A stretch of 64,000 bases of DNA, taken from Raillietiella orientalis. Lineage: Eukaryota. The DNA lies in NCBI GenBank assembly GCA_036172245.1, contig JAYWIR010000015.1, positions 1 to 64,000 on the forward strand. Direction: 5' to 3'. Positions 23,700-36,680 of the stretch are shown piece by piece (position 1 is the stretch's first letter; every line of letters starts with the position of its first letter). The position numbers and the translations under genes were made by a program. The notes under the pieces are model-generated. The model did not search any database. It was not told the DNA's origin and saw only the letters and a list, made by a program, of their open reading frames with translations.

Positions 23700-26600
23700 T
23701 TCCCACCGCCCGCCTGCGTTCTGATCCTCAAGCAGTCGACTAAACGCCCTACGTACAGAAACGAAAATTTTTTGTGGAGGAAGGCAGGCACCTCTCCACA
23801 TGCAGGCATCACGAATTTGCATAGCACAAGTGTCGCAAGTATTCCTAGTGCCTTTACAAAGCTGGCTCTTAGAAAAACGAGTCCAGAATCGAGTGGTAAC
23901 CTGTGGATACCATGAAGTGTCCTAGAGCATCGACGTTAATATCGATAGTTTGCAAAAACCTTTGTTTTCTGTAAAGCACCACTAAACGTCACGAATCACT
24001 TGATTGCTGCTGATGAGGGTTTGGAATGTGACGATTTCCGGGTGCCACACTGTTATCGTCACACACTTGTCGGCGACTCAAAGTTTTGTCCCATTAGCGA
24101 AGTCTCCTCGTCAGCAAGCAGGGCGTAGCTTCGTCGACCACCACTTCCGTGAAAGAGACGGGTAGAAGGTTTTCTACTAATGCAATGGTGCAGTGGACAG
24201 CCACCTCGCCGGTAGACAACTGCCATTGCTTTTCCATAGAGAAGACAGCGCGGCGTCCAAAGCTGTGGAAGATGGACGATCCTATTGTGCCGGCTAGTCG
24301 ACAATTCTTTGCAGGGGCATCCTACCGAACTTTTGAACCAAAACTCTTGCGTCCTAGTGCTGATAAGTCGATTCTAAGTGTCTATGTATTTCTGCTTTCA
24401 GGCATTTTAGTTCACGAGGTGGCAGAAGATCTATTGGGTGGATTCCGACAGAGAAGATCTGCTTTGGGGAAAACTCCAAGAACTTCCTTCATTTTCCGTA
24501 ACGAACATGAAAAAAAGCTGGTCCCTTGGAACCATGAGTACGTTTCAAAATGTGGCGAGAGAATATACATCTCTTTTGGATCCACATCCTCTCCATCAGG
24601 GCAAGTCTCTGAAAATAAAGCTACATCTACACTTTTCAGGGTGAGAATGACAAGTAATGCATCTCTCCGAGGCGCAGCAATGTCCTTGAGGCGGATGCAG
24701 GACCTCAACGTATCTCAGAGAACTATTCTCAAAAGTCTGCAGGCTTGTTTTCTTATCTTGTTAAGGGAATAAGCAAAATGAAGCGTTTGCAGTAGAGTAG
24801 TCATGCAAGAGCTCCCGATCAAGGCCCGCTACCACAGGTAGGGCTTCCCAGGAACGGGCCCGCTACGACAGACAGGGCTTTCCAGGAACAAGTCAAGAGC
24901 CTTCTGGTCTTTTTTGAGAAGCTACACTACGTTTTTGCAAAGCAGAAGACGCTCACTGGCACGAAAAGGTACTTGCAGTATCTACTAGGGAAAATTCTCA
25001 GGCAGATACAGTCTGGCTGCTTCTCCAGCAACGCTCCAACTAACGCGATCGTGTACTTCACCCTGTTAACGCGCCATTCGACTCCCCAGCAATACAGCTC
25101 ATAGAATTCCTCGAATTTTGTCATCTAGATAGGCTGAAGCAGCAGGAGAAGGTCGTCGGGGTAGATTGTCAAGATCGAAGTGCGAGGGTAGGACGTTGAT
25201 AGTTAAGCCAGTCTTCTGACCGCGTTCAGCATCAACTCGAAGTAGACACGAACAAGATGGAACTCCGGTTGTCATCTTGTCTTATTACCCGGCACACCGG
25301 CACAGCATCAACGTAAAGACTTGCTGGAATCAATGTTAATGAAGGCGTCACAGCGAACACAAGTACTGCGGTAACAGATCGAAAGTTGAAGACGATACAG
25401 GAGCTCCAGAGCGAGCTCCTGGATCACGCAATCGAAGGCTTTGTGCAAGTTGGCTGCAATTGTGAGAGAACACGATTCCTCCTTCTGTATGCAAGTACTG
25501 TTTCTCGAGTGCATCCGGAAGATCATATCCTTACGGGTCTCCGCTGCAACCCCCTGTTGCAATGTATCCAGGATCGCGCGGGTAACAGGCTCGACTCCTA
25601 ACTTCTGCGCAGAACAGCATAGGTGTGTTCAAGACTGATGAAGGAGTTAATCAATTGTCTCGGTCGAGATGTTGGAATCCTGGAGAGCAGATTGATATCC
25701 GCATTCTTTTATAGTAACCGGACGCCAATTGTTCAGGTTGCCCGAATCTTCTCCTTGAAGCAGGAGGCGTACTCTGTCTGACCGAAAGGAAGATGACACC
25801 TCGCCTCTCTCTCGGATTTGCACGGTCTCCTTCAGTATTAAGAGAAAGAGCTTCACTGCGAAAATCCGGTAGAACCTCGCAGGCAGAACATCAACCCCTG
25901 ATAGTTTCCTCTCTCTGAGATTGCTTCGATAGCGGTGTTGACCTCCACCATCGTGAACGGCTCTTCCAGGAACGTTCGTTTCTCCTTTATCGCGGTGGTG
26001 TATCCCTCATTAGTCGCTAAGAGAAGGCACTCTCCACCGTTTCCCTTGCGTAAAGGCAGGAGTAAAAGCCGCACACTAAGCGACTGACGTCCGAACTTGC
26101 CGGGCACTCCTGGTGGTGGTCGTTCTGCAGACAAGTTGCTCCGGACTGCTAGACCTGGCAGTCGGCTCCGACCTTGAATTGGGCCAGCCTTGGGAAGTTA
26201 AGGTGCCTAAAGGGGTTACAAGCTTGCAGAAAAACTCTGCTATTTGGCATATTTTCTCTAAATCTAAGTTGGAAGAGAACCACAGAACTCTCGAACCGAC
26301 ATCTTGAACAAGTTCCAAACCTCGAGCCTGCAAAAAGCATACTTTTAGAGAATGCGTGATACACAAAGCTCGCACTTTGCCTTCCTAAACACTGTTCTCC
26401 AAAGCACAAATTTTCTTCCAAGATTCTGCCCTGTAATATTTTCAGGAAAAATGCCTTCCTTTAGCAGTAGTCCCCGCCAAGGAGGATATCGCAACGTGAG
26501 CCTCAAGCTATTTGATTTTGGAAGGAGATTTTTCAAGGAATGCAGGGCGTGCTCGCCTTCTGTGCTCGAGTGGGACACAGCTGCAGGAACCTATATTCGG

Positions 26601-27050
26601 GTACATACTCATAAAAAGCCTTGCTTCACCGCACTCGGCACAAAGTTCTTAACACCCGACAAACCAGATATCGACGTTACCCTCGCCAATCTTGACTTTA
26701 TGGGGAAGTCTTTCCCTTTCTGAGGAACCACGATGCCTCAGCAAGCCCATTCTACAAGGATTTGAAACTCTCCGAAAGGTTTGCTCACCGCCACAGGGCG
26801 TGTACAGCGGCGAAATCACATCGCTGTTGGACACGTCCGAACGGATACCCTGCAAATAAAGAACGAGAGACAGATCCTCTGTGAAAGGGAAAACCGTTTG
26901 GTCGCCGATGTTGAACGGTGTGGAAATAAGGCGTCAGAAAGCGTCGGAAGGCGAGTTCTGCACTTTTGGGGGGGGGAAAAGTTTTGCACTTTTTCGGGTC
27001 ACTCTTTAGCCTGCATTCCCCAAAAGCATTAAAAGATATTCCAAGTCTCC
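23700..27050 (-). mobile_element. Decayed, internally deleted L1/Tx1-type LINE (ORF1 and ORF2 remnants)
   Basis: ORF1 remnant LPHKVKIGEGNVDIWFVG (26.65-26.72 kb). ORF2 remnants EEPFTMVEV, NLNNWRPVTI, NLHKAFDCV and YPDDLLLL. About 24.3-24.8 kb appears unrelated. Confidence 0.7.
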
Positions 27051-28879
27051 TTCGCGAACGCCGACCCTTGCCAACTCGCTATATACCTCGCGAACCACCC
27101 TCTGAATTGGTTTCCTCAAGTTAGACGACGGATTCCATTCGATTCAGCGAACCTTAAAGTGAAGTTTTCGAGAACACTTTGGCCCCTCTTTAATGAAGAG
27201 ACACTTTTGTGAACCCTCTCTCCTCTCTCCAGATTGTGCTTCTCTACCTCCCTGAGGGATTTGAGAACCAAGGGCGGCAGCAAATCGATCCTGCACTTGC
27301 TTTTAGAATTGGGAACCCTCCAGGATCAGTGAATCTATGGAGGAGGCTCAAAGCAGCACTTTCTTTAGCAGTAAGACACCGCCGAGATGTGCTGTTACGG
27401 TTTCTTGAGCAAGAACTCTTGATGAGAGCGGAGATCAATCCACGAGTTGCTTCCCTGCCAGATCGTTGGCATCCAACACTGGTCTTCAAGAGACGCAACT
27501 GCAGACCCGGTGACCCTTGTCGTCTTCCACCATTGACTTTCCAGTCTTTTCTCCTATAACTCCCTTTGTTTCCGAAAAACTCTCGCTTTTTTCGTTTTGC
27601 ACCCCCACGCATACTGAACAAACCCCAAGATCACTGCTCCTGTCAATCGCAGTTTCTTCCCGTTTTCGTTATCCCTCTTCCTTTTTTCCGTTCTAGGATT
27701 TTGAATTTCTTGGCTTGCATGTCGATGTACGCTGTTACACTTCATTAACCAATTAGTCGGAAAATCCTGCCCATATACTCATTCAGGAAGATTAGCGCCG
27801 CAGCAAGGAAGGTCTTCCTGCCCACGCTTTTCCCCTGGATCTAGAAGGATCTCCCAGAACGAGCATTTGTTGCAGGACCCGTACAAGAATGGCTGCATCT
27901 ATTCTGAGAATCGTTTTTGGCACCTCGTCTACAAGGGAACGGTTTTTTGAAACCAGTCACTACCTCTCACGGATTTCATCTTCGACCACGTCAAAATCTA
28001 ATGCGTGAAATTCGAGATTCAATCCATATCACCAGCCGGAGATGCAATCCGCAATGGAAGGTTGTGGTGACGAACCGCAAGATATGACGCAAGTCCCACC
28101 CTGTCAGTGACTTGCCGAACGAGAAGGCTGCAGGCACGCGTTGTTCTTCCAGACATCTTAAAGAGGGGGAGTATCTAAAATTGGACGGAAAGCTTTATTT
28201 GCTCCACAGTCAGGAGGTCGAAGACACCATCCCGATGTAGAGCACAATAGTTTCACATTCGGACTATAGACTTTCCCTGTGCCTAGGGCGGACTTGAGAA
28301 CTTTCGCACGCTTTCTAGCGTTCTCCAGCAGAAGGCAAACAGAATCAGAGTACGGAGCATTGGATCACTGAGGTGTTCCACACTGTGGTCTGTCTCGACA
28401 AGTAAAGCTACCACTTAAGAATGAGCTGAGAGCCTCCTCTGCCTTTTGAAGACGAACGGTCGAGGTTTCTAGAACGGAAAAGTCCACTGATCTGAGCCTC
28501 AAGGCGCAGGAGGGTGGACTCAGACAGTTCGTAAGCGTTATGTCTGCCTTCTATACCCAAGCATCATTAAATTTAGCGATAGAGATTAATTGAACTTATT
28601 CTGAAAGCAATCCCTAATGTGGAGTAAAAGAGTTTACTGGTTCTGTGATTAGTATTGTGCAAATAGCTTCCCTCGAGACGAAATTCTCTAGGCAACCTGC
28701 AGGGATATCTTTCGTGAAACATTATGTGCATTTCTCCCGTCTTATTGTTTCCATGACTGCTCTCCGGAAGATCATTTGAGAGAAAATGGGAACACCATGC
28801 AGTAAAAGCGCACAGAATTTGAAAAAGTTTCAGAGTGGCTGGAAAACCATGCGCCTGTAGTGGAGTCGACAATTCGTAC

Positions 28880-29370
28880 ATCGAATTCGCACTCCGGGAG
28901 CCTCATCGAGACTCATCATCTCTTCGTAGTCTGTTGAAGTGTCAATGGAAGCATGGAGACTCTCGGGAGCAGTCTGTGGTCGAAACCCTGCTCTCTCCCG
29001 AACCACCTCGGAAAATAGAGTGCCTTTCGTAGATCAAAGTCAGGGAACATGGAAGACGGTGCAGGAGAAATAGACTACCGGCGCTCCCACTCACAAAGTC
29101 GCCTTTCCTCTGAAGCCGCCCTCGTGCAGAGTTTGTTGGTTTCCGTTTGCACGGAAGTGGTCAGTCAAGGGAGACAAGAAGTGTCACAAGAAGTTCTGTA
29201 TTGCCAAGCATGGGGAAGTGTCAGGGGATTGCTTTGCAGCAAAGGGGTAGTGGTGCTGTCTGCAGAAGAGGTTGTGTGAGCTGAACCCGTTCCAGAATGG
29301 GAAGCCCCTCTTGCCGGAACGGGTTGTCATGTGCAACGCGTTTGTGGCCAACATTCTGCGCCCCGTGTTT
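28880..29370 (+). mobile_element. Decayed LINE RT fragment
   Basis: LNPFQNGKPLLPERVVMCNAFVA resembles LGPFLEGKFVLPENASI.NTFLA in the 1.1-5 kb copy. Confidence 0.45.
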
Positions 29371-32300
29371 TCTAACCACACCTTACTTCAAAGCGTTACA
29401 AATTGTTCTGAGATTCCATCAAAAATTGCTTTAAAAAGTCGTCCTACGTAATGGAGCCAGGGACAGGAAGCCTTTAGCTGGGTGAGAAGTGACGTGCAGC
29501 TCCTCAGAAAAGAGGAATCTTCTCTGAGTTTGGAGAACACGGGATGCAATAGACACTGCATTTCCAAATGCTCTGCACACTGTGTTCCTTGACGATGATG
29601 AGTGCTGCTCGGAATTTTCAGCGAATCCCTGATGTGTTCCTCACTGTTATAGAACAATCGCACTTTCCCTCTTAAGTGGCAGAAATCGGCGTTGCTACCG
29701 TAGCATTGGCGAGTGCCAAGTGCTTCATTACCAATGGACCCTGAACAGTGCAAGTGTGGAATGTGATGGTTGCGGAGAAAGAGAAATTTCATTGGATTTA
29801 ATTCCTGACTGGGTTGCCCTCCACCGCCTGTGGAAACATTTGAGGGCCCTTCGCATTCCCGGGAGCAATCCCAGAGACCCAATGATGCCCTCCTCCTGAT
29901 GACAAATTACCGAAGAATGTGGGAAGAGCGCCTCAGGTCAGAGAAAAGACCACGAAGCACGCGTATATCAAATCACGAAAAATACTATGGGATTGCCTTC
30001 GGTAAGCAAAAGAGCTTCCTTCTCAAAGACGACCTGCGTTCAAGCATCGGAACGCATGATGTAGAAACAGAAATCCATTCTGAGAAACCGAAACGAAGGA
30101 AGATTGCCGGCCTCCCATTACTCATTTCCTACCTCCGACAGCAGAATTTGTCTCAAAGATGTGGGGCATCGGACCCAGCGAGCTCGTGAACTACACACTT
30201 CCGTACCATGTGAGTGAACATACTCAAACCCATCTCTCCTTGACTCTTAGTAATCGTCGTTTCATGGAGAAGCAGAAACAAAATGAGAGCTTTGCTGCTC
30301 CATGCCTCATTGAAAATACACCGAAATGGTTGTCACTCATTTCAGAGGAAGAAGAGAAATCGCATCCGATGTTTTCGTTTCTAGCACGATGTTATTCAGT
30401 CCCTCACGAAATCGTTTTGTCATTGTCATGATCTCCATGGTAATCTTTAAGGTGTGAGCACCCGCATTTTACATCAGATGCAAGGAAGATAATGCACTAA
30501 GCAGAATTCCAAGAGATTTATTTGCTTGCAAAGTCACCTGGTCTACAAACACTCAAACATGATGAGGTTCGCCACCAGTTTTACAGAACTTCCATACTGA
30601 CAGGTCGCATGGCACATGAAGCCTTCGCTTGTGTCAATCTTTCGCTCTCCATCTCTCCTCCTATGGAAAAAATTCAACGCTCTTTTTCGAAACAATTTGT
30701 TTCCATTCCAGTCTTCTCATCCGACCCACAAAGAAAATCTTTGCAGCAACGTTTCCCCCTAACCTCTCCTTACGCGATGCTCATCTAAAATGAATTCATG
30801 CACACCATCTTCCTTGAAAACTGCTGCCTTTTTTTCTTGTAGCACTCTGCAAAGATGTGTCGAAAACTTAAGGGACCGGCAATCATGTAGAATTTCACAG
30901 GTGAGAAGCGTTGCATGGAAGTGACGCATGTTTTTTTCTTTAATAACTTTTCCCGTCCTTCGTGGAAATTTACGGCATGAGCGGGCGTGACATCTGCATT
31001 TTCGACACTTTTGGCTACTCTTGGGCAAGTGCTTTCAAGGTCAACAGGATGTCTGTTTTGGAAAAATTTCCATGGAGTAACGAGGAACGAATCAGAGATT
31101 CGAAGCAACTTCTTAGGCAAACAGAAACTTCTAATGAATGTCAATGAAGCAACTCAGGAACTTGCGCTAATCTGCCCAAGTGCACTTCTCGCAGAAGAGC
31201 AACAAATGACGTTTTCCATGAAGAAGCACCGACTGATCGAAACGGGATTGAAACTGAAAGAATCGCTGGCAGGGCAATCCTTCTTGGCGTCCTTTTCCAC
31301 AGCAGCATGAAAGACACGCACATGGAAACGTCCCTTCTTCCCTTGCGCGTCACACCCAAAAATATTCATGGCCCCTGCGCTTTCTGGCAAACAGCAAAAT
31401 CCACCATGCAGCAAATGACCAAGGTACACACTGGAACGCGCAACTAAAACAATTAAAGCTGCAGCTCGATTCGGAAAACGCCACTGAATTTTGCAATGGT
31501 GTTGTTGACCCTTTGCACCCGCAAAGCCTCGCTTTGTGTTATTGCCAGTCCGTGTTTGCATACATTCGTGCTCTATGGAAAAATAAGGCGAGAGAAGCGT
31601 TGGGTTGAAGCACTGATGCGGGAACTGCGGACTCAGAGCAAAGAAAGATGGAAGGGATCCGGTACAGTGCTGCAAGTTATACGGATTTGAATAGGATTGC
31701 CTTACATCACTATAATGTTGGTCTAAGTGCCAAATGTGGAAGTGCGAAGCTGCTACCCTACAGGCAAGAACAAAGGAGGAATGCACAAAAGAGGCAGCAG
31801 AAGGCGACTAGGGCAGAACCAATGAGCGAAATCAAAGGCTCAAAAGCTGCCAAAGAAAGAGAGTTCGGAATTTTTAGGAGAAAGAGTGATGAGGAAGGCT
31901 TGATCGCTCAAGAAGTCGTCCCGTGCATTGCCATGAGAGGAGACGCGGTGCATTTAGTGGACGAATACAGGTCGCCTCCATTGCAGGGCGGAAGGTACGG
32001 TTGCATCCGTTGTGAATCCTCCTCAACTCTACTCATGCTTTGGGTGCTTCTTCGCTGAACCCTCCGAAGGCTCCAATGCTACTTGCATTCCAAGGAAACT
32101 GCACTTTCTTTACCTTCCCATGGTATTTAATTGAATTTGCCTGCCTTTCTAGCAGGAGAAAGACTGCAAATCATACAGTTTGTGGTACTGCTGTCAGTAG
32201 GAAACAGTAGAAAAAGATACAACATGCGTGCACGGAAAGGGGGCACCCTTAGCTATGATGGTGATTTCTTGTTTCCATCGGTTCGATTCGTCCAGAGAGT

Positions 32301-32659
32301 ATTGCAACAGTGCTCTGAAGGAACTTTGGACACATTATTCCTGGATTCCGAAATCTCTCTTTATTTCACCACACATTAGTAATGAGCACATGATGGTTCC
32401 CTTCTAGACTTCAATACGCAATGTTCTGCATGCATGTTTTTCCGGCAAACAAGCAATTCGTTTGGATGCTGACGAGGGCATGATCAATGCGATCGAACAG
32501 TGCTCCTCAGAGATCGTGGAGATCTCCGTAGGTACAGCAGGAGCACAGATTGCGTGTCTTGATCATTCATTTTGCGATGTGTTTTTTTATAGGGACACAT
32601 AAAAGTGGCAGCAATCTTTAGCCTGGAAGCAAAAGTGAATTCGATGGTGAGTGAAACAA

Positions 32660-35420
32660 CGTGGGCATTTGTTTGCATTCTAGACGAGAACTCATTGCGC
32701 TCCAGGAAGCATATGGACGCAGGCTGGAGTACTACACAATCGATCGTGCAGTCTTGACAAGGCTTCACAAATAAAGTGTCGCTTCTGTGGAGGCGCCTAA
32801 CCCCACATACGATGCGGCTCATAACTCGGCGATCGCTTTCGCAAGAGTCCAATTGAGGAGGGTGATCGTCATATCACTATGGGAGTAGTTACACTGTATG
32901 GCAAGTTTTTTCGAGGCTTGCCAGGCAAAGGGGCAAAGTTTGCAGGATCCCCTGTTCGGTGATGTAGGCGTAAAGCGAAGTCCCCGCTCAGATGTGCGGA
33001 GAGGAGTTGTGCATCTGGCTGTTGTTGCACCTTCCTCCGGACGGCCTCATTCACAGTGTCCATGACGAACTGACGAATAACCGGGTGAGGTCATGTGAAA
33101 AGTTTAAACGCGAAGTGGGTGGTCATGATATCGACCTCTTTTTCTAGCATCAGTATGCCCAGATATTTTTGGGTCATAGGGACACACAGATACTCCTTCA
33201 AGGAGGCTTGCACTAGCAGGAAAATCTCCTCTTTGAGCTCTCTATTTCTGTTCTTTTTTTTTTTCAGCTAAGTCTGAGCTAGTTCTTTTATAGTTTGAGT
33301 AGCCTTCATCAAGGAATGCATGGGACTCAGCGCTTTGCGGGTTATCGAACATTGTCTTCGATAGTGCCCTTACAGGCGTATTCGTCCAGGTATTTGATTC
33401 GTGGCTAGATGCTCCAAGGACCCAGGCTCGCTTGCATCAACGGGCAGGGCGAATCTGGATTCAGGGACGGGCGGTGGTTCTTTCTTCTGTTGAGATTTTC
33501 CTCTATGAGGAAGACGGACCCGAGTACGCATGTTCTGTGGGTGGTTGGCATTTAGCATTCAGCGGCCACTTGCTCACACTTTCTGGCACTCCCGCTCAAG
33601 TGGCGGACGGGGCTTAGCAGGACAGGCGGTTGCGTATGAGTCGATTATGGTGACATAACTGTGTCTGGAGCCTTGCGCGGCCCTTACTATGGGTATGCTG
33701 GCCTACCTGTGTGACACTGCAGCTGGACGCGCGCGCCGTCCTCACCGTAGTCTGACCGAGACTGCGTTGCTCTATCAGCACGTGGAAACAACGTTAGCTG
33801 GGGCTGCGGAAGCGTTGCTGCTTTATGAATTCTTGTCCTGTCTGCCGATCGCATCATGCCACCTAATGTGTCTGGAAAGCGTCTTCTGATTGTGGCAGCG
33901 TTGATCGCAGTTGAAAGCAAGGCAAACAAGTAGGGTAGGCAGCGCAAAGGGTCGAAGAGGTATGATGCCACAACATGCTGTCACAGAGGAAGAGTTATGG
34001 GCTTGCCGCACTGCCTGCATATGAAGTAGGTTCCTCTGATTGGAATCCAGTGCGCTGTCAGAATGTGTCGTCGGACCAATCCTAGGACGCGTTTGGATTC
34101 CATAGCAGAGAAGAACCAGCTAGATTAGAGGAAAGAGCAGGGAATGCTGGTGGCAGGAAGATAGTAAACAATCAGCACGTTATCCTCCGACAGCACCGAG
34201 TGAGGTGACACTTCGAGTTGTGAGCCCATTCTGCTCTTCGTGCTCGGCTGGATCAGTATGCAGTGCAACCTACTCAGGATCATTTGGTATGGCCTGTTGG
34301 GCCTAAGGTGGCATTTCATGTCTACTGGCACGTGTTTGTCTAGTGTTCACTTGGATGCGATCGAACCTGGGTATTCAGGAAGTCACCCGCCTCCTCCTTC
34401 GCCCTTTTAGTTCGACGGAGTGCTCGTAAGCCGGGTGCATTGGCATTGCTCGCTGCAGGCTCGGCGCAACCTGGATTATCAGTTCTCGCCTGTAAGGTGG
34501 AGACATTTGATCGAAAAACTCCATTCAAGTCTCAGAGTGGCCCTACGGTAAGCACGGAGTCATAGGGACTGCCCACATGGGCAAGGCAAGGTTAGCGACA
34601 TGCTCGGCGCCGGGGTGCCGTGTACCAACTGCTTAACCTAGGGTAATGGGAATAGTCGTACTATAGGCTCTGCTCTGAGGCGCGGATCACTCAGATATAT
34701 AGCCGGAATGAATGAAAGCATTGGGATTTAGCGGCTTGAGTTCGCCGTTGCGGCATGCAAGTGTGAGAGTGGCAGCGAAGGCAAGTGACCATCCAGGAGG
34801 GAACGTAAAGCTGTCCGGTTTGTATTTTCGACACGATGTCTCTGGTGAAGAGGGCCTTCCATGTGTGCAGGGCGCACATTGCAAGCTTATGCTGACTGAG
34901 CGACTTAATTCACTTGAAGTGTAGAAGATCGCCTCCAGTGGCTAGTCCTTGGCGACCACTTCAGTGTGGGCATCCCTGTCTCTCCAGATATCCATGTGCG
35001 TCGTGAAGAGGTGGACTACGAGGTCAGAGATTAAGGACTGGTGGCGACTGATGAGTCTTCTCTGATGTCTTGCAGGACATTTAAGGATCCGCTTTTGGGA
35101 TCAATTCTTTCATGATGTTACTTAAAATTCTGCCTTAAAGGCATTGCGAGTAACGGGCACGTACTGCAAGTAGAATGGATGGGCGTAAGAGGTCATGAGT
35201 CCGGTAGAAATGAGGAGAGGCGTTCCGATGATTGTCATCATAGACGATGCATTTGGGGAAAAGTATCAAGAATCATTGATGACCACCCCGCGGATACGGA
35301 CTAGGTGTTCCTTGAGACTCTTTTTGCGGTTCTTAATATGGATAGCTGTGCACACGAACGCACAGTCTGAAATCGGAAAAGGGCACTCCCGTGAAGGGTT
35401 GTAGTCTATGAATAGCTGTT
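32660..35420 (-). mobile_element. Decayed RLE-type non-LTR retrotransposon (NeSL/Utopia-like)
   Basis: Ordered remnants: N-terminal zinc finger (CPFPISDC...SLKEHL); post-RT motifs ASLKEYL..LGI..EVDI...AFKLFT.PHPVIRQF...LSAHLSG; and LFVKPCQDCTIDCVVLQPASICFL. RT core barely recognisable; RLE domain absent. Confidence 0.55.
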
Positions 35421-35869
35421 AATCACTCGATAGAAAAGTCGGTAGGTAGAACATGTTGGAACGAACATTATTTTCAAAGCAACCAATGGGAGTTCGACAC
35501 GCCAAGTTACAGCCTATCAGTATGCTGCAGAATCGAGCAGCCAATAAACTTGCATCGTCGGGAAACTAGTTCTCCCGCACGGAGAAAACAACGAGTTGGC
35601 GTGTCGTTCGTATCACATACAGTTCGTGTGGCACATAGTCACAGTAGTCCAATACAAGTAGTCGCGCTGCAAGTAACCCTTTAACCTTCCCGTCATATTA
35701 TTGTCTTGTTCCCACCATAGCAACGTACATGCGAAGGCCCACCGACAGCTGGAGTCACAGACTACCGAAATAGCCGACGACAACATGATGTCAGCTGCCA
35801 AGTGGCCTCATCTTACAGAAGACGTTAGAAAGGAGATCTCTTGCATCCAACTCCGTTTCTGATAGGATG

Positions 35870-36680
35870 GAATGACCGATGCCAAAGACCCTTGTCACCA
35901 ATCCATCCACCTTTATCTTTTTTTATATTTTTTATACACTTATTAGTGGTTCCCTCCCTTCCGTTACAGACTTTGGGTTTCATCCACCTGCATTCCGGTG
36001 TCCTTTCCTCTATTTCTGTATTCTTGGTCTAGAAACTTGTTTCCTGATAGCTTGGCAACAAACGCCCCGGTGCACTCAAATTAGAAGCAGCATACATGCG
36101 CGAAAGATTTCCGTCCACAGTTACTACTTCCCTGACCACAAACGGTGCTAACTTGGCACATTGGTGGACGATGTTGAAGGCAGACACTGGAAAAACAATC
36201 ACTGGGAGTCAACACATACGCACGCACCACGCACGCACCACACGCTCGCACACACAAAAAAGTAGAGAATTCGAAGGTTAGTCTCTCGAGAGATTGCGGA
36301 AACACGTTCTCACGGGCTGTCAACTGGAAGAGGAAGCCAACACTATCACCTGCATCCACCCCGGTTGGACGATTTGGAATGACGTACCCGGTGATCCCTA
36401 TCCCCAGCCTCCGTTTCTTTCATTATTTATTTTTTCATATTCCCCATGTCCATTCTCTCCGTAACTGTCCTTTTGTTTTTGTATTCAACCCGGTTCGCGC
36501 GGGGGAAAACAAATTTCTGCCCCTTCCCACACAATTTGTTTGCTTTTCTTGTTTCCTTGTTTCTTCCCCGTTCGGGACTTTCCACTGTCTTCACCTGAGT
36601 GGCGACGGACACTCCTCTTTGTTTCCCTTGGTCGTCCGTTGAGAACTTTGTTCTAAACTGATTTATTTTTTCTAAAATGA
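35870..36680 (+). repeat. Two LINE 3'-UTR relics (about 35870-36050 and 36370-36680)
   Basis: cgatgccaaagaccctt and gtcgtccgttgagaactttgttctaaactgatttattt resemble the reverse complement of the 3' UTR at 56.08-56.27 kb. Confidence 0.5.

Noticed and set aside
24823..24889. 34-bp tandem duplication
   Set aside because: Two imperfect units inside a decayed RT region; ordinary local duplication.
29380..32400. Small-exon host gene fragments (similar signals at 5.1-6.9, 16.4-19.0 and 36.7-38.2 kb)
   Set aside because: Splice-like signals are present, but I could not build a consistent frame or recognise a family.
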